A DNA stretch of 64,000 nucleotides from Tagaea sp. (lineage in GTDB: Bacteria > Pseudomonadota > Alphaproteobacteria > CACIAM-22H2). The DNA lies in NCBI GenBank assembly GCA_965279525.1, contig CBDIIB010000005.1:1376001-1440000 (forward strand), written 5' to 3'. Below the pieces are notes generated by a model that had not been told where the DNA came from, ran no database searches, and was given only the letters and a program-made list of their open reading frames with translations. A program made the position numbers and the translations under genes. Below, one piece after another: positions 51,711-61,774 of the stretch (positions are counted from its first letter, which is position 1; each line of letters starts with the position of its first letter).

Positions 51711-52715
51711 ATGCGCAACCGCAAGCTGGGCCGGACCGGCCTCGTCGTGTCCGAGATCGGCTACGGCACCTGGGGCATTGGCGGCTTTGTGGCGGGCGCT
51801 TCGTATGGCGAAACCGACGATGCGGTGTCGCGCGCGGCCCTGCGCCGGGCGCTCGAGCGCGGCGTCACTTTCTTCGATACGGCGGACGCCTATGGCGACG
51901 GACGCGCGGAGACGTTGCTGGGCGAATGCTTCGGCGCCGGATCGGGCGTTGCCGCCAGCGCGGTGGTCGTCGCCACCAAGGCCGGCCATCCGCGCTTCGG
52001 GGCCCCGCAGGACTTCACACCCGCCAACCTTGCCCGCTCGGTCGAGGGTTCGCTGCGCCGGCTGCGTCGCGACCGGGTCGAACTGCTGCAACTTCACAGC
52101 CCGCCGCTCGACCTGCTGCGCGCGCGGCCCGAGATCCTCGGCGCCCTCGACGAGATGAAGCGGGCGGGCAAGATCGGCGCCTGGGGCCTGTCGACCAAGA
52201 CACCGGCCGAAGCGGCCGTGGCGATCCGCGAGTTTGCGGCGGCCTGCGTGCAGGCCAACTTCAATCTCGCCGACCAGCGTGCCCTCGAAGACGGCCTGCT
52301 TGAACTGGCGCTGTCGACGGATACGGGCCTGATTGCCCGCACGCCGCTCGCCTTCGGCTTCCTCTCCGGCAGGCTTTCGGCGGATGCCGAATTCCCGGAA
52401 GGCGATCACCGGCGCAACTGGTCGAAGGAGCGTATCGCGCAGTGGGCCAGCGCCAGCCGCACGCTTGCCGGCGACATCGCCGCGCGCGACGGCCAGAGTC
52501 TTGCGCAGGTCGCCCTGCGCTTCTGCCTCTCGCATCCCGGCGTGTCGACGACGATCCCCGGCATGCTGACGCCTGCCGAGGTCGACGAAAATGCAGCCGT
52601 GTCGGCGCTCGCGCCGATGCCGGCGGCTGATATCGCGAAGATCCGGGCGCTCTATGCCGGCAGCGTGTTCGCGGGTGTCCCGGTCGTCACGCCGAAGACG
52701 CCGGTGCGGCCATGA
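51711..52715 (+). CDS. Aldo/keto reductase
   Basis: LGRTGL.VS.IG.G, FFDTADAYG, ATK, SL.RL and IPG. Confidence 0.9.
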   Translation: MRNRKLGRTGLVVSEIGYGTWGIGGFVAGASYGETDDAVSRAALRRALERGVTFFDTADAYGDGRAETLLGECFGAGSGVAASAVVVATKAGHPRFGAPQDFTPANLARSVEGSLRRLRRDRVELLQLHSPPLDLLRARPEILGALDEMKRAGKIGAWGLSTKTPAEAAVAIREFAAACVQANFNLADQRALEDGLLELALSTDTGLIARTPLAFGFLSGRLSADAEFPEGDHRRNWSKERIAQWASASRTLAGDIAARDGQSLAQVALRFCLSHPGVSTTIPGMLTPAEVDENAAVSALAPMPAADIAKIRALYAGSVFAGVPVVTPKTPVRP

Positions 52716-53623
52716 ACCCGTTCGGCCCTGTCGAGCGGATCGAGAGCCGCACCCATGCGCGCCTGCCGGACGTGTTCCGCGCGAAGCGGCGCACCGCTTG
52801 GGCGGATGCCAATCGCGCCGGCGCCCACGTCGATTCGTTCCTTGAAGGCCCGTGTTTCGATGCCGCCGGCAATCTCTTCGTCGTCGACGTCCCGTTCGGC
52901 CGCATCTTCCGCATCGCCCCCGCCGGCACGTGGAGCCTTGTGGCGGAGTATGAAGGCTGGCCCAACGGCATGAAGGTGCGTGCCGACGGCAGGCTCGTCG
53001 TCGCGGACTATCGCAACGGAATCGTCGAGATCGATCCGGCGACCGGTGCGATGAAGCCGCTGTTGCGCGACTGGCGCTCGGAGAGCTTCAAGGGCGTCAA
53101 CGACCTGAGCTTTGCCGCGAACGGCGATCTCTATTTCACCGATCAGGGCCAGACCGGCCTGCAGGATCCGACCGGGCGCGTCTTCCGGCAGGGCGTCGAT
53201 GGCGCCATCGACCTGCTGGTCGATACGGTGCCAAGCCCCAACGGCCTCGCGCTCGATCTTGTCGAAAAGGCGCTCTATGTCGCCGTGACGCGCGCCAATG
53301 CCATCTGGCGCCTGCCGCTGTTCGAGCGCGGAAGGTCGTCGAAAGTCGGCACCTTCATCCAGCTTTCCGGCGGCGGCGGTCCGGACGGGATCGCGCTGGA
53401 CGCGCAAGGCGGGCTCGTCGTCGCCCATCTTGGCACCGGGGTGTGGCGCTTCGACCGTCACGGCTTCGCCACGCATTTCGTCGGGCCGCTCGGCATGACG
53501 GTCACGAACGTCGCGTTCGGCGGACCGGATGGCCGCGATCTCTACATGACCGAAAGCGAAACGGGCGAGATAAGTGTCGCGCGGATGCCGTTCAGCGGCA
53601 GAGCGGTACCACGGCCGACTTGA
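52712..53623 (+). CDS. SMP-30/gluconolactonase family protein
   Basis: EGP, PNG, ND, YFTD, PNG and PDG propeller motifs. Confidence 0.88.
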   Translation: MNPFGPVERIESRTHARLPDVFRAKRRTAWADANRAGAHVDSFLEGPCFDAAGNLFVVDVPFGRIFRIAPAGTWSLVAEYEGWPNGMKVRADGRLVVADYRNGIVEIDPATGAMKPLLRDWRSESFKGVNDLSFAANGDLYFTDQGQTGLQDPTGRVFRQGVDGAIDLLVDTVPSPNGLALDLVEKALYVAVTRANAIWRLPLFERGRSSKVGTFIQLSGGGGPDGIALDAQGGLVVAHLGTGVWRFDRHGFATHFVGPLGMTVTNVAFGGPDGRDLYMTESETGEISVARMPFSGRAVPRPT

Positions 53624-54719
53624 CCGTCTCGATGACTTTCGCCTGGTCTTCCTCGGGCATGCCCGGCCACAGGGGCAGCGAGATCTCGCCTTCGCCCCAT
53701 TCCCAGGAATGCGGGAAGTCCTTCGCCGTGAAACCGTACTTCTCGCGATAGTAAGTGAGCGTGGGTACCGAACGGTAATTGACCGTGACCGGCACGCCCG
53801 CCGCGTTGAGCGCCGCGATCGCGGCATCGCGCACTTCCGGCTTCACGTGGATCGGGAACAGGTGCTCGGCCGACACGCAGTTCGCATCGAGCCGCTGCAG
53901 GCGGATCGGCAGGTTGGCGAACTCGTCGCGATAGCGGTCGGCGAGCGCAATGCGCGCGGGCAGGCGCTGGCGGATCGTCTCGATCTGCGCGGGCAGCAAT
54001 GCTGCGAGCAGGTCGGGCAGGTTCGCCTTCACGCCGAGCCGGCCCATGTCCCAGTGCCGGTACTGGCCCGCCTTGAAACGGTCGGCGGCGATGGCGCTCA
54101 TGCCGTGCAGGCGCGTCTGCTGGAGCTTGCCGAACAGCTCGCCGTCCTTCAGCACGATGGCCCCGCCCTCGCCGCAGGTGACGTTCTTGGTGGCGTAGAA
54201 CGAGAAGATCGACATCTCGGAATGGCGGCCCGGCAGCTCGCCGTCGCGCGTGCCCTCGAAGCAGTGCGCACAATCCTCGATCAGCGTCACGTGCGCCGGC
54301 AAAGCCGCGCGCAGGCCCTTCATGTCGCACATCAGCCCGTACATGTGGACCGGGATGCAGGCCTTCGTCCGCTTGGTGACGGCCGCCGCCGCCCCTTCGG
54401 GCGTGAGCAGCAATGTGTCGGGATCGACATCGACGAAGACCGGTTTCGCTCCGACCAGTTCGACCATGTTGGCCGTCGCGATGAAGGTCTGGGCGGGCAC
54501 GATGACTTCGTCGCCTGGCCCCACGTCGAGTGCGAGCAGGGCCGCGAGCGCGCCGTTCGTCCAGGAATTGACGAGCAGGGCGTGCGGCGTGTCGAAGAAC
54601 GCGCACAGCATGCCCTCGACCTTCTTGCCGACACCGCCCGACGTCAGGAAGGGCGTGTCGAGCACGTCGGCGATCGCCTTGGCGTCGGCGCCGGTCAGGC
54701 CGTGGCGGTAGAAATGCAT
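53592..54719 (-). CDS. DegT/DnrJ NDP-sugar aminotransferase (ArnB-like)
   Basis: GDEVIVP..TF.AT, EDCAH and SFYATKN (catalytic Lys present). Confidence 0.9.
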   Translation of the reverse strand: MHFYRHGLTGADAKAIADVLDTPFLTSGGVGKKVEGMLCAFFDTPHALLVNSWTNGALAALLALDVGPGDEVIVPAQTFIATANMVELVGAKPVFVDVDPDTLLLTPEGAAAAVTKRTKACIPVHMYGLMCDMKGLRAALPAHVTLIEDCAHCFEGTRDGELPGRHSEMSIFSFYATKNVTCGEGGAIVLKDGELFGKLQQTRLHGMSAIAADRFKAGQYRHWDMGRLGVKANLPDLLAALLPAQIETIRQRLPARIALADRYRDEFANLPIRLQRLDANCVSAEHLFPIHVKPEVRDAAIAALNAAGVPVTVNYRSVPTLTYYREKYGFTAKDFPHSWEWGEGEISLPLWPGMPEEDQAKVIETVKSAVVPLCR

Positions 54720-54799
54720 CGGTTCGGTTCCCGGAATGTGGCGGAAAGACGGGTCTTTGTCGGGTCCGCGCCGCCGGCTGTCAACATCTTAGACGGCCG

Positions 54800-55564
54800 T
54801 CACTCGAAGACGTTCTTCAGCGTGCCGATCCCGTCGATCGCGACCTCGACATTCGTGCCCGGGCGCATCGGCAGCACGCCCAGCGACGTGCCGCACGCGA
54901 TCACGTCGCCCGGCTCGAGCGTCAGGTCGCGGCTGATCAGGCTTACGAGCTTCGCCGGCGCGAAGATCATGTCGGATACCGGATAGTTCTGCCGCTCGCG
55001 CCCGTTGACGAGCGTGCGCACGACGAGGCCGGCCGGGTCGATGCCCGTCGCCACGACGGGGCCGACGGGTGCGAACCCGTCGAAACCCTTGGCGCGCGTC
55101 CATTGCGGGAAACTCGGATCGGCCGTCAGCAGGTCGAGCGCCGTCACGTCGTTGACGCAGGTGTAACCGAAGATGTGCGCGGCCGCGTCGGCTTGCGCCA
55201 CGTTCCGGCAGGTGCGGCCGATCACGATGCCGAGCTCGCCCTCGTAGACCACCCGTCCGTCGAAGCCGACGGGTTTGCGCACCGGTGCGAGATGCGCGTT
55301 GAGGGCGCTGGTCGATTTCAGGAAATAGAGCGGCTCGGCGGGAATGGCCCAGCCGTTCTTCGCCGCCGCCGCGTGGAAGTTGTTCCAAAGCGCCACGATC
55401 TTGCCGGGCGTGCACGGGGCCAGCCACCTTGCGTCGGCAAGCGGGACCGTCTCACCGCTGGGCGCGGCACCGGCGAACATGTCGCCCTCGTGCACCGCCA
55501 GCATCCCGCCGTCGACATGTCCGGCCAGCGTGCGGCCCTGATACTCGACCCGTCCCCAATGCAT
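54800..55564 (-). CDS. Fumarylacetoacetate hydrolase family protein
   Basis: YEGELG, GYTCVNDVT, AKGFD and PGDVIACGT. Confidence 0.9.
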   Translation of the reverse strand: MHWGRVEYQGRTLAGHVDGGMLAVHEGDMFAGAAPSGETVPLADARWLAPCTPGKIVALWNNFHAAAAKNGWAIPAEPLYFLKSTSALNAHLAPVRKPVGFDGRVVYEGELGIVIGRTCRNVAQADAAAHIFGYTCVNDVTALDLLTADPSFPQWTRAKGFDGFAPVGPVVATGIDPAGLVVRTLVNGRERQNYPVSDMIFAPAKLVSLISRDLTLEPGDVIACGTSLGVLPMRPGTNVEVAIDGIGTLKNVFE

Positions 55565-55623
55565 GCGTACCTCTCCCTCCCGTGTGCGGATATGCTACAG
55601 GCTGGACAGGGAGGAACAACACC

Positions 55624-55932
55624 ATGATTCACGTCGTCGCCATCATCACGGCCAAGCCGGGCATGCGCGCCAGCATCCTCGAGGCGTTCCGCGCCAACAT
55701 GCCGGCCGTCCACGCCGAAAAAGGCTGCGTCGAATATACGCCCGTGATCGACGCCGAAGGCATCGGCCCGTTCCAGACAAAGTGCGGTCCCGACACGTTC
55801 ATCGTCGTCGAAAAGTGGGAAGACGCCGCCACGCTTGCCGCACATGCCGCCGCCCCGCACATGAAGGCGTATGGCGCCAAGGTCGGCCAGTGGGTCGCCA
55901 ATCGCGCGATCCACGTCCTGTCGCCGGCCTGA
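55624..55932 (+). CDS. ABM-domain putative quinol monooxygenase (YgiN-like)
   Basis: AKPG.R, E.GC.EY and EKW....L.AH...PHM; GGGAGG RBS. Confidence 0.85.
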   Translation: MIHVVAIITAKPGMRASILEAFRANMPAVHAEKGCVEYTPVIDAEGIGPFQTKCGPDTFIVVEKWEDAATLAAHAAAPHMKAYGAKVGQWVANRAIHVLSPA

Positions 55933-56056
55933 GCCGAGGCCCGCAATTCGGCCGGCTCATGGAACGGATGCGGCGCGCGACCGTGCGCGTTAATATCCGA
56001 CCGAACAGGCGAATCGACGACAGCGAATCCGGGAGCGAAAGATGCGCGCGAGCGAC

Positions 56057-56836
56057 ATGGAAGCCGTCATCCTCGCAGGGGGCATGGGAACGCGCCTTCG
56101 CGAGGAAACCGAGCTGCGGCCAAAGCCGATGGTCGAGATCGGCGGCGTGCCGATCCTCGTGCACATCATGCGCATCTACCGCCATTATGGCGTTCGCCGG
56201 TTCATCGTCTGCCTTGGTTACAAAGGCGACGTCATCCGCGACTATTTCATCAACTATCGGCTCCACAACGCCGACCTCGAGGTCGATCTTTCGACCAATG
56301 CCGTGCGCGTGCTGGGCGACGTGGCGCCACTCGACTGGACGGTCACGCTGGTCGAGACCGGTGCCGAATCGCAGACCGGCAGCCGGATCCGGCGGGCCTT
56401 GAAGCATGTGCGCGGCCAGACCTTCTTCGCCACCTACGGCGACGGGGTCGCCAATGTCGATGTCGCCGGACTTCTCGACACGCACGTGAAGTCGGGCAAA
56501 CTCGGCACGGTCACGGCCGTGCACCCGCCCTCGCGCTTCGGCGAGATCGACATCGCCGGGACCGACGTGCGCACGTTCCGTGAAAAGCCGCAGATCGACG
56601 AAGGCTGGATCAACGGTGGCTTCCTGGTCCTCGACAAGCGCGCGGTCGACGGCGTGGCGCTCGACGACACGAAGAACAGCCTGGAGATCGACGTGCTGCC
56701 GAAGCTGGCGCACGCAGGCCATCTCGCCGTCCACCGGCACGGCGGATTCTGGCAATGCATGGACACCTATCGCGACATGACACTGCTCAACGAGATGTGG
56801 GCGGCCGGCAAGGCGCCCTGGAAGGTCTGGCAATGA
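56057..56836 (+). CDS. rfbF: Glucose-1-phosphate cytidylyltransferase
   Basis: LAGG.GTRLREET..RPKPMVEIG, CLGYKG, TYGDG, WINGGF and FWQCMDT.RD. Confidence 0.9.
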   Translation: MEAVILAGGMGTRLREETELRPKPMVEIGGVPILVHIMRIYRHYGVRRFIVCLGYKGDVIRDYFINYRLHNADLEVDLSTNAVRVLGDVAPLDWTVTLVETGAESQTGSRIRRALKHVRGQTFFATYGDGVANVDVAGLLDTHVKSGKLGTVTAVHPPSRFGEIDIAGTDVRTFREKPQIDEGWINGGFLVLDKRAVDGVALDDTKNSLEIDVLPKLAHAGHLAVHRHGGFWQCMDTYRDMTLLNEMWAAGKAPWKVWQ

Positions 56837-57228
56837 GCGAAGCGACGATCCGGAAATACTACGCGGCATTCAACGCGCGCGATTGGGATGGCATGTGCGC
56901 GCTGCTGACCGACGATGTCGCCCACGACGTGTGCCAGGGCGGCCGCCAGACGGGTCGCGCAGCGTTCCGGACCTTCCTCGATCACATGGACCGCTGCTAT
57001 CGCGAGCGCACGCGCGATCTTGCGGTGATGGTGGAGGCGTCGGGAACACGTGCCGCTGCCGAGTTCGATCTCGACGGGACGTACCTTGCCACCGACGCGC
57101 CGCATCCGCCGGCGCGTGGGCAGACCTATACGCTGCGCGTGGGTGCCTTCTTCGACCTCCGCGACGGCAAGATCGCGCGCATTGCCAACCACTACAACGT
57201 CGCGGACTGGCTGGCGCAGGTGCGATGA
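56833..57228 (+). CDS. Ketosteroid-isomerase-related (SnoaL/NTF2-like) protein
   Basis: YYAAFN, HD..QG, Y.E, RAAAEF and GQTY.L..GAFF. Confidence 0.82.
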   Translation: MSEATIRKYYAAFNARDWDGMCALLTDDVAHDVCQGGRQTGRAAFRTFLDHMDRCYRERTRDLAVMVEASGTRAAAEFDLDGTYLATDAPHPPARGQTYTLRVGAFFDLRDGKIARIANHYNVADWLAQVR

Positions 57229-57815
57229 CCGGCGCCACGGTCGAGACGATCGCCGGCACGGCGGCCGCCCCGGTCATCGAGGATCTCGCCCGGCTGCGCG
57301 TCACGGTATTCCGCGACTGGCCCTATCTCTACGAGGGCAGTCTCGACTACGAGCGGCGGTATCTCGCCAAATATCTGGTTCTCGACCGCTCGACGATCGT
57401 GCTGGCGCGTGCAGATGGCGCCGTTGTGGGTGCTTCGACCGCGCTGCCGCTTGAAAGCGCCGAGCCCGAGCTGCAGGCACCGTTCGTCGCCGCCGGTCTC
57501 GATCCGAAGGAATATTACTACTACGGCGAATCGGTGCTGCTGCCGGCGTGGCGTCGCCGTGGCATCGGGGTCGCGTTTTTCGCAGCACGCGAAGCGCGCG
57601 CGCGCGAACTCGGCTACCGGATCGGCACGTTCTGTGCGGTCGTCCGGCCCGACAACCATCCAGCCCGCCCGGGCGACTACGTTCCCCTCGACGCGTTCTG
57701 GGCCCGGCGCGGCTATGCAAAGGCGCCCGGCCTGACGGCCTCGTTCGGCTGGCGCGACGTGGGCGACGAGGCGACGAGCGCCAAGCCGATGGTGTTTTGG
57801 ACCAAGCGGCTCTAG
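57225..57815 (+). CDS. GNAT family N-acetyltransferase
   Basis: VFRDWPYLYEG, ESVLLP..R.RGIG and FW..RGY. Confidence 0.85.
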   Translation: MTGATVETIAGTAAAPVIEDLARLRVTVFRDWPYLYEGSLDYERRYLAKYLVLDRSTIVLARADGAVVGASTALPLESAEPELQAPFVAAGLDPKEYYYYGESVLLPAWRRRGIGVAFFAAREARARELGYRIGTFCAVVRPDNHPARPGDYVPLDAFWARRGYAKAPGLTASFGWRDVGDEATSAKPMVFWTKRL

Positions 57816-57881
57816 CCTTCTTCCACGCAGGCCGGGGCGGGCCTATTCTTCCTGCCGAGCGCCAGCCTCCGGAGTGCCGCC

Positions 57882-58817
57882 ATGCCCGCGATCGATATCC
57901 AGATTTCCGAAGTCGGCCCCCGCGACGGGCTGCAGAACACGAAAACCTTCATGCCGACCGAAGCGAAGAAGGCTTGGATCGCAGCACTTGCCGCCGCAGG
58001 CCTGCCCGAGATCGAGGTCTGCTCCTTCGTCAATCCGAAGATGATCGCGCAGTTTTCCGATGCGGCCGAAGTCGCCGCGTATTCGCTGACATTGCCGGAC
58101 GTCTCGATCGTGGCGTTGATACCGAACCTCAAGGGAGCCGAGCGCGCGGTCGAGGTCGGCGTGCGGCGGATCTCGCTGCCGATCTCGGCAAGCGAGGCAC
58201 ATTCGCGCTCCAACGTGCGCAAATCGGTCGACGAACAACTGGATGAACTGGCGCGCATCGTGGCGCTGCGGAACTCGCTGCCCGCGGAAAGGCGCTTCCA
58301 GATCACGGCAGGCATTTCGACCGCCTTCGGCTGCACGCTGCAGGGCGAGGTGCCGGAGGCCGACGTGCTGAAGATCGCCGCGCGCGCGGTCGAGATCGAT
58401 GCGGACTCGGTTTCGATCGCCGACACGGTCGGCTACGCGAATCCCGCGCAGGTGCGTCGGCTGCTGTCGGCCGCGCGGGCCGAAATCGGCGGCAGGCTGG
58501 AAGCCGCACACTTCCACAACACGCGCGGTCTCGGCCTTGCCAACTGCGTGGCGGCGATCGAGGCGGGCGTGCGTTCACTCGACAGCTCGATGGCGGGGCT
58601 GGGGGGCTGCCCCTATGCGCCCGGTGCTTCGGGCAACGTCATCACCGAGGATCTCGTGTTCATGCTCGAGGCGATGGGCCTGCGCACGGGCGTGGATATC
58701 GCCAAGCTGCTCGAAGCGCGCAAGTTCCTCGAGGTGGCGCTGCCGGGAGCCGATTTCTACGGGCATCTCGCCAAGGCAGGCGTGCCCAAGGGCTTCGCGC
58801 GTGCGGAGGCCGCCTGA
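57882..58817 (+). CDS. Hydroxymethylglutaryl-CoA lyase family protein
   Basis: EVGPRDGLQ, ADTVG, HFHNTRG and GLGGCPYAPGASGN. Confidence 0.9.
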   Translation: MPAIDIQISEVGPRDGLQNTKTFMPTEAKKAWIAALAAAGLPEIEVCSFVNPKMIAQFSDAAEVAAYSLTLPDVSIVALIPNLKGAERAVEVGVRRISLPISASEAHSRSNVRKSVDEQLDELARIVALRNSLPAERRFQITAGISTAFGCTLQGEVPEADVLKIAARAVEIDADSVSIADTVGYANPAQVRRLLSAARAEIGGRLEAAHFHNTRGLGLANCVAAIEAGVRSLDSSMAGLGGCPYAPGASGNVITEDLVFMLEAMGLRTGVDIAKLLEARKFLEVALPGADFYGHLAKAGVPKGFARAEAA

Positions 58818-60022
58818 TGGGCGATCTGCCGCTCGCCGGACTGCGCGTCGTCGAGTTCGTCCACATGGTGATGGGACCGAGCTGCGGCCTCATCCTCGGG
58901 GACCTGGGCGCCGACGTGATCAAGGTCGAGCCGGTCCCCGCCGGCGACAACACGCGCCGTCTCACGTCGTCCGGCTCCGGCTTCTTCGTCGCGTTCAACC
59001 GCAACAAGCGCTCGTTCGCACTCGACATGAAGAGTGCGGAAGGCCTCGAGATCGCGCGCCGGCTGGTCGCGACCGCTGACATCGTCACCGAGAATTTTCG
59101 CCCCGGTGCCATGGACAAGTTGGGTCTGGGCTACGAAGCGGTGCACAAGCTCGACCCGCGCATCGTCTACTGCTCGCTCAAAGGTTTCCTCGAAGGCCCC
59201 TACGAGCACCGCACGGCCCTCGACGAGGTCGTGCAGATGATGGGCGGACTTGCCTACATGACCGGTCCCGCCGGGCGGCCGCTGCGCGCCGGCACGTCGG
59301 TCAACGACATCATGGGCGGCATGTTCGCGGTGATCGCGATCCTGGCCGCACTTGAAGAACGCCATCGCACCGGCAAGGGCCGCTACGTCAAATCCTCGCT
59401 CTACGAGAACTGCGCCTTCCTGTCGGCCCAGCACATCGCGCAGTACGGCATGACCGGCGAAGCGCCGCCGCCGATGCCGGTGCGCCGCGGGGCGTGGGGC
59501 ATCTACGACGTGTTCGACACGGCCGACAACGAGCAGCTTTTCGTCGCCGTGGTCAGCGACACGCAATGGGGGCCGTTCTGCGACGCCTTCGGGTTCGCGG
59601 CTCTCAAGTCCGATCCGAAGCTCGCGACCAATCCGCAGCGCTGTGCCGCACGCGACACACTGGTCCCGGCGGTGGCGGCCGCTTTGGGCAAGTTCACGAA
59701 GGTCGAGTTGGTGGCCAAGTGCGAAAAACTGGGCATCCCGTTCGCCCCCATCGTGCGCCCGGTCGAGCTGCTCGACGATCCGCATCTCAACGCAAGCAAT
59801 GGCCTGGTCGACGTCGCCAGCCCGGATGGGAAGCGCGTGCGCATCCCCGGTCTGCCGATGAGCTTCGACGGCGAGCGCCTGCCGGTCCGCCGCGATGCGC
59901 CGGCCGTCGGCGCCCACAGCCGGGAACTGCTCGTCGAGCTCGGCTACGGGCCGGCCGACATCGACCGGCTGTTCGCCGCCGGCACGCTGGTCGAGAACCG
60001 CCCCGCCAAAGCGGCCGAATAG
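58817..60022 (+). CDS. CaiB/BaiF family III CoA-transferase
   Basis: LGADVIKVE, NRNKRS and ENFRPG. Confidence 0.92.
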   Translation: MGDLPLAGLRVVEFVHMVMGPSCGLILGDLGADVIKVEPVPAGDNTRRLTSSGSGFFVAFNRNKRSFALDMKSAEGLEIARRLVATADIVTENFRPGAMDKLGLGYEAVHKLDPRIVYCSLKGFLEGPYEHRTALDEVVQMMGGLAYMTGPAGRPLRAGTSVNDIMGGMFAVIAILAALEERHRTGKGRYVKSSLYENCAFLSAQHIAQYGMTGEAPPPMPVRRGAWGIYDVFDTADNEQLFVAVVSDTQWGPFCDAFGFAALKSDPKLATNPQRCAARDTLVPAVAAALGKFTKVELVAKCEKLGIPFAPIVRPVELLDDPHLNASNGLVDVASPDGKRVRIPGLPMSFDGERLPVRRDAPAVGAHSRELLVELGYGPADIDRLFAAGTLVENRPAKAAE

Positions 60023-60042
60023 GCCTGCAACAGGCTCATTTC

Positions 60043-60072
60043 TTGACGCTTCGGCGACCGGCGGCCTAACCT
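60043..60072 (+). promoter_or_regulatory. Possible sigma70 promoter for the TRAP operon
   Basis: TTGACG-N18-TAACCT. Confidence 0.4.
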
Positions 60073-60138
60073 CGGTCCCCAATCCCGGGACCAACCGGGT
60101 GCCAGCAATATCCATCCTTCCGACAGGGGACCCGCATC

Positions 60139-61140
60139 ATGAAGAAACTCTCCCGCCGCCAGTTCACGGGCGGCGTGGCCGCCGGCCTTGCCGCGGCCGC
60201 GATCGTCCGTCCGGCCGCCGCTCAGGCGAAATGGAAATGGGATCTGCCGTCCGGCTACGCGGCGTCGAATTTCCATTCGGTCAACCTGATCCAGTTCGCC
60301 AAGGACGTTAAGGACGCCTCGGGCGGCAAGCTCGAGATCACGGTCCATCCCGGCGCCTCGCTGTTCAAGGTCCCCGAGATCATGCGGGCCGTTCAGACCA
60401 ACCAGGCGCAGGTCGGCGAGCTGCTGATGGTCGTGCTGGAGAACGAGGATCCGATCTTCGGCGCCGACAACGTGCCGTTCCTCGCGACGTCCTATGCGGA
60501 CGCCCGCAAGCTCGCGAACGTCCAGAAGCCGCTGGTCGAGAAGCGCCTGACGAGCCGCGGCCTGCGCCAGCTCTTCGCGGTGCCGTGGCCGCCGCAGGGC
60601 TTCTACAGCCCCAAGCCGCTTGCGGTTCCCGACGACCTCAAGGGACTGTCGTTCCGCTCCTACGGCGCTTCGGCCGGCCGCTTTGCCGAACTCGCCGGCA
60701 TGCGCGTCACGACGATCCAGGCCGCCGAACTCGTCCAGGCGCTGGCCGCCGGCCGCGTCAATTCGATGATCACGTCGGGTGCGACGGGCTATGACTCGAA
60801 GGTCTGGGAGCACATCAAGTATTTCTACGACGTGCAGGCCTGGCTGCCGAAGAACCTGATCATGGTCAACCAGCGTTCGTGGGCGGCCCTCGACGATGCG
60901 ACGAAGTCGGCCGTGACCAAGGCGGCCGGAGTTGCCGAAGCGCGCGGCTGGGCCGAGTCCGAGCGCCTGTCGAACCATTTCCTGGGCGAACTCAAGAAGA
61001 ACGGCATGACGGTCGAGGCGCCGTCGCCGGCCCTGAAAGCCGGGTTCCAGCGCTGGGGCGAAGAGCTGACGAAGGACTGGCTGGGGCGTGCCGGTGCCGA
61101 CGGCCAGGCGCTCGTCGCGGCCTACAAGGCCAGCGCCTGA
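60139..61140 (+). CDS. dctP: TRAP transporter substrate-binding protein, Tat signal
   Basis: SRRQF signal; SGGKLEI.VH, DLKGL.FR and AL..G.V. Confidence 0.88.
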   Translation: MKKLSRRQFTGGVAAGLAAAAIVRPAAAQAKWKWDLPSGYAASNFHSVNLIQFAKDVKDASGGKLEITVHPGASLFKVPEIMRAVQTNQAQVGELLMVVLENEDPIFGADNVPFLATSYADARKLANVQKPLVEKRLTSRGLRQLFAVPWPPQGFYSPKPLAVPDDLKGLSFRSYGASAGRFAELAGMRVTTIQAAELVQALAAGRVNSMITSGATGYDSKVWEHIKYFYDVQAWLPKNLIMVNQRSWAALDDATKSAVTKAAGVAEARGWAESERLSNHFLGELKKNGMTVEAPSPALKAGFQRWGEELTKDWLGRAGADGQALVAAYKASA

Positions 61141-61185
61141 TCCGCGGCGCGATGTTTGCTTGAAGTGACTTGCGATTGACGCAAT

Positions 61186-61225
61186 AGGGGGCGGTCGGAC
61201 CGGTTCCGGTCCGGCCGCCCCTTTT
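61186..61225 (+). terminator. GC-rich hairpin with T-tract after dctP
   Basis: GGGGCGGTCGGACCGG-TT-CCGGTCCGGCCGCCCC-TTTT. Confidence 0.7.
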
Positions 61226-61243
61226 CTACTGACCGGCGGATCG

Positions 61244-61759
61244 ATGCGGCGTTTTCTCGACACACTCTACGAAGCGAGCGGCTGGGCAGCCGGCCTCGGC
61301 ATGATCGCGATCCTGGTCGTCACACTCCTCCAGATTCTCGGCGGCGTGACCGACATCTATGTCCGCGGCACGGATGCCTATGCGGGCTACGCGATGGCGG
61401 CTTCGTCGTTCTTCGCGCTCGCCAGCACGCTCAAGCGCGGCGAGCACATCCGCGTGACGCTCATCATCCAGAAATTCAAGGGTGCCGCCCGGCGCTGGAT
61501 CGAGTTCTGGTGCCTCGGCGTCGCGATCCTGCTGTCGGGCTTCTTCGCCTGGTATGCGTGGGACATGGTCTACTGGTCGTGGGAGTTCGAATCGCGCTCT
61601 GATGCGATGGACGCATCGCCGCTGTGGATCCCGCAATCGGCGATGGCGCTCGGCATGAGCGTCCTGTTCGTCGCGTTCGTCGACGAGTTCGTGCAGGTCC
61701 TGCAGGGCCGCGATCCGGCGCAGAGCGACCTGTCGGCCGAACTCCAGCACACCGAATAG
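61244..61759 (+). CDS. dctQ: TRAP small permease
   Basis: Four TMs; GEHIRV and PLWIP. Confidence 0.88.
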   Translation: MRRFLDTLYEASGWAAGLGMIAILVVTLLQILGGVTDIYVRGTDAYAGYAMAASSFFALASTLKRGEHIRVTLIIQKFKGAARRWIEFWCLGVAILLSGFFAWYAWDMVYWSWEFESRSDAMDASPLWIPQSAMALGMSVLFVAFVDEFVQVLQGRDPAQSDLSAELQHTE

Positions 61760-61774
61760 CGGCGGAAGCGAACG

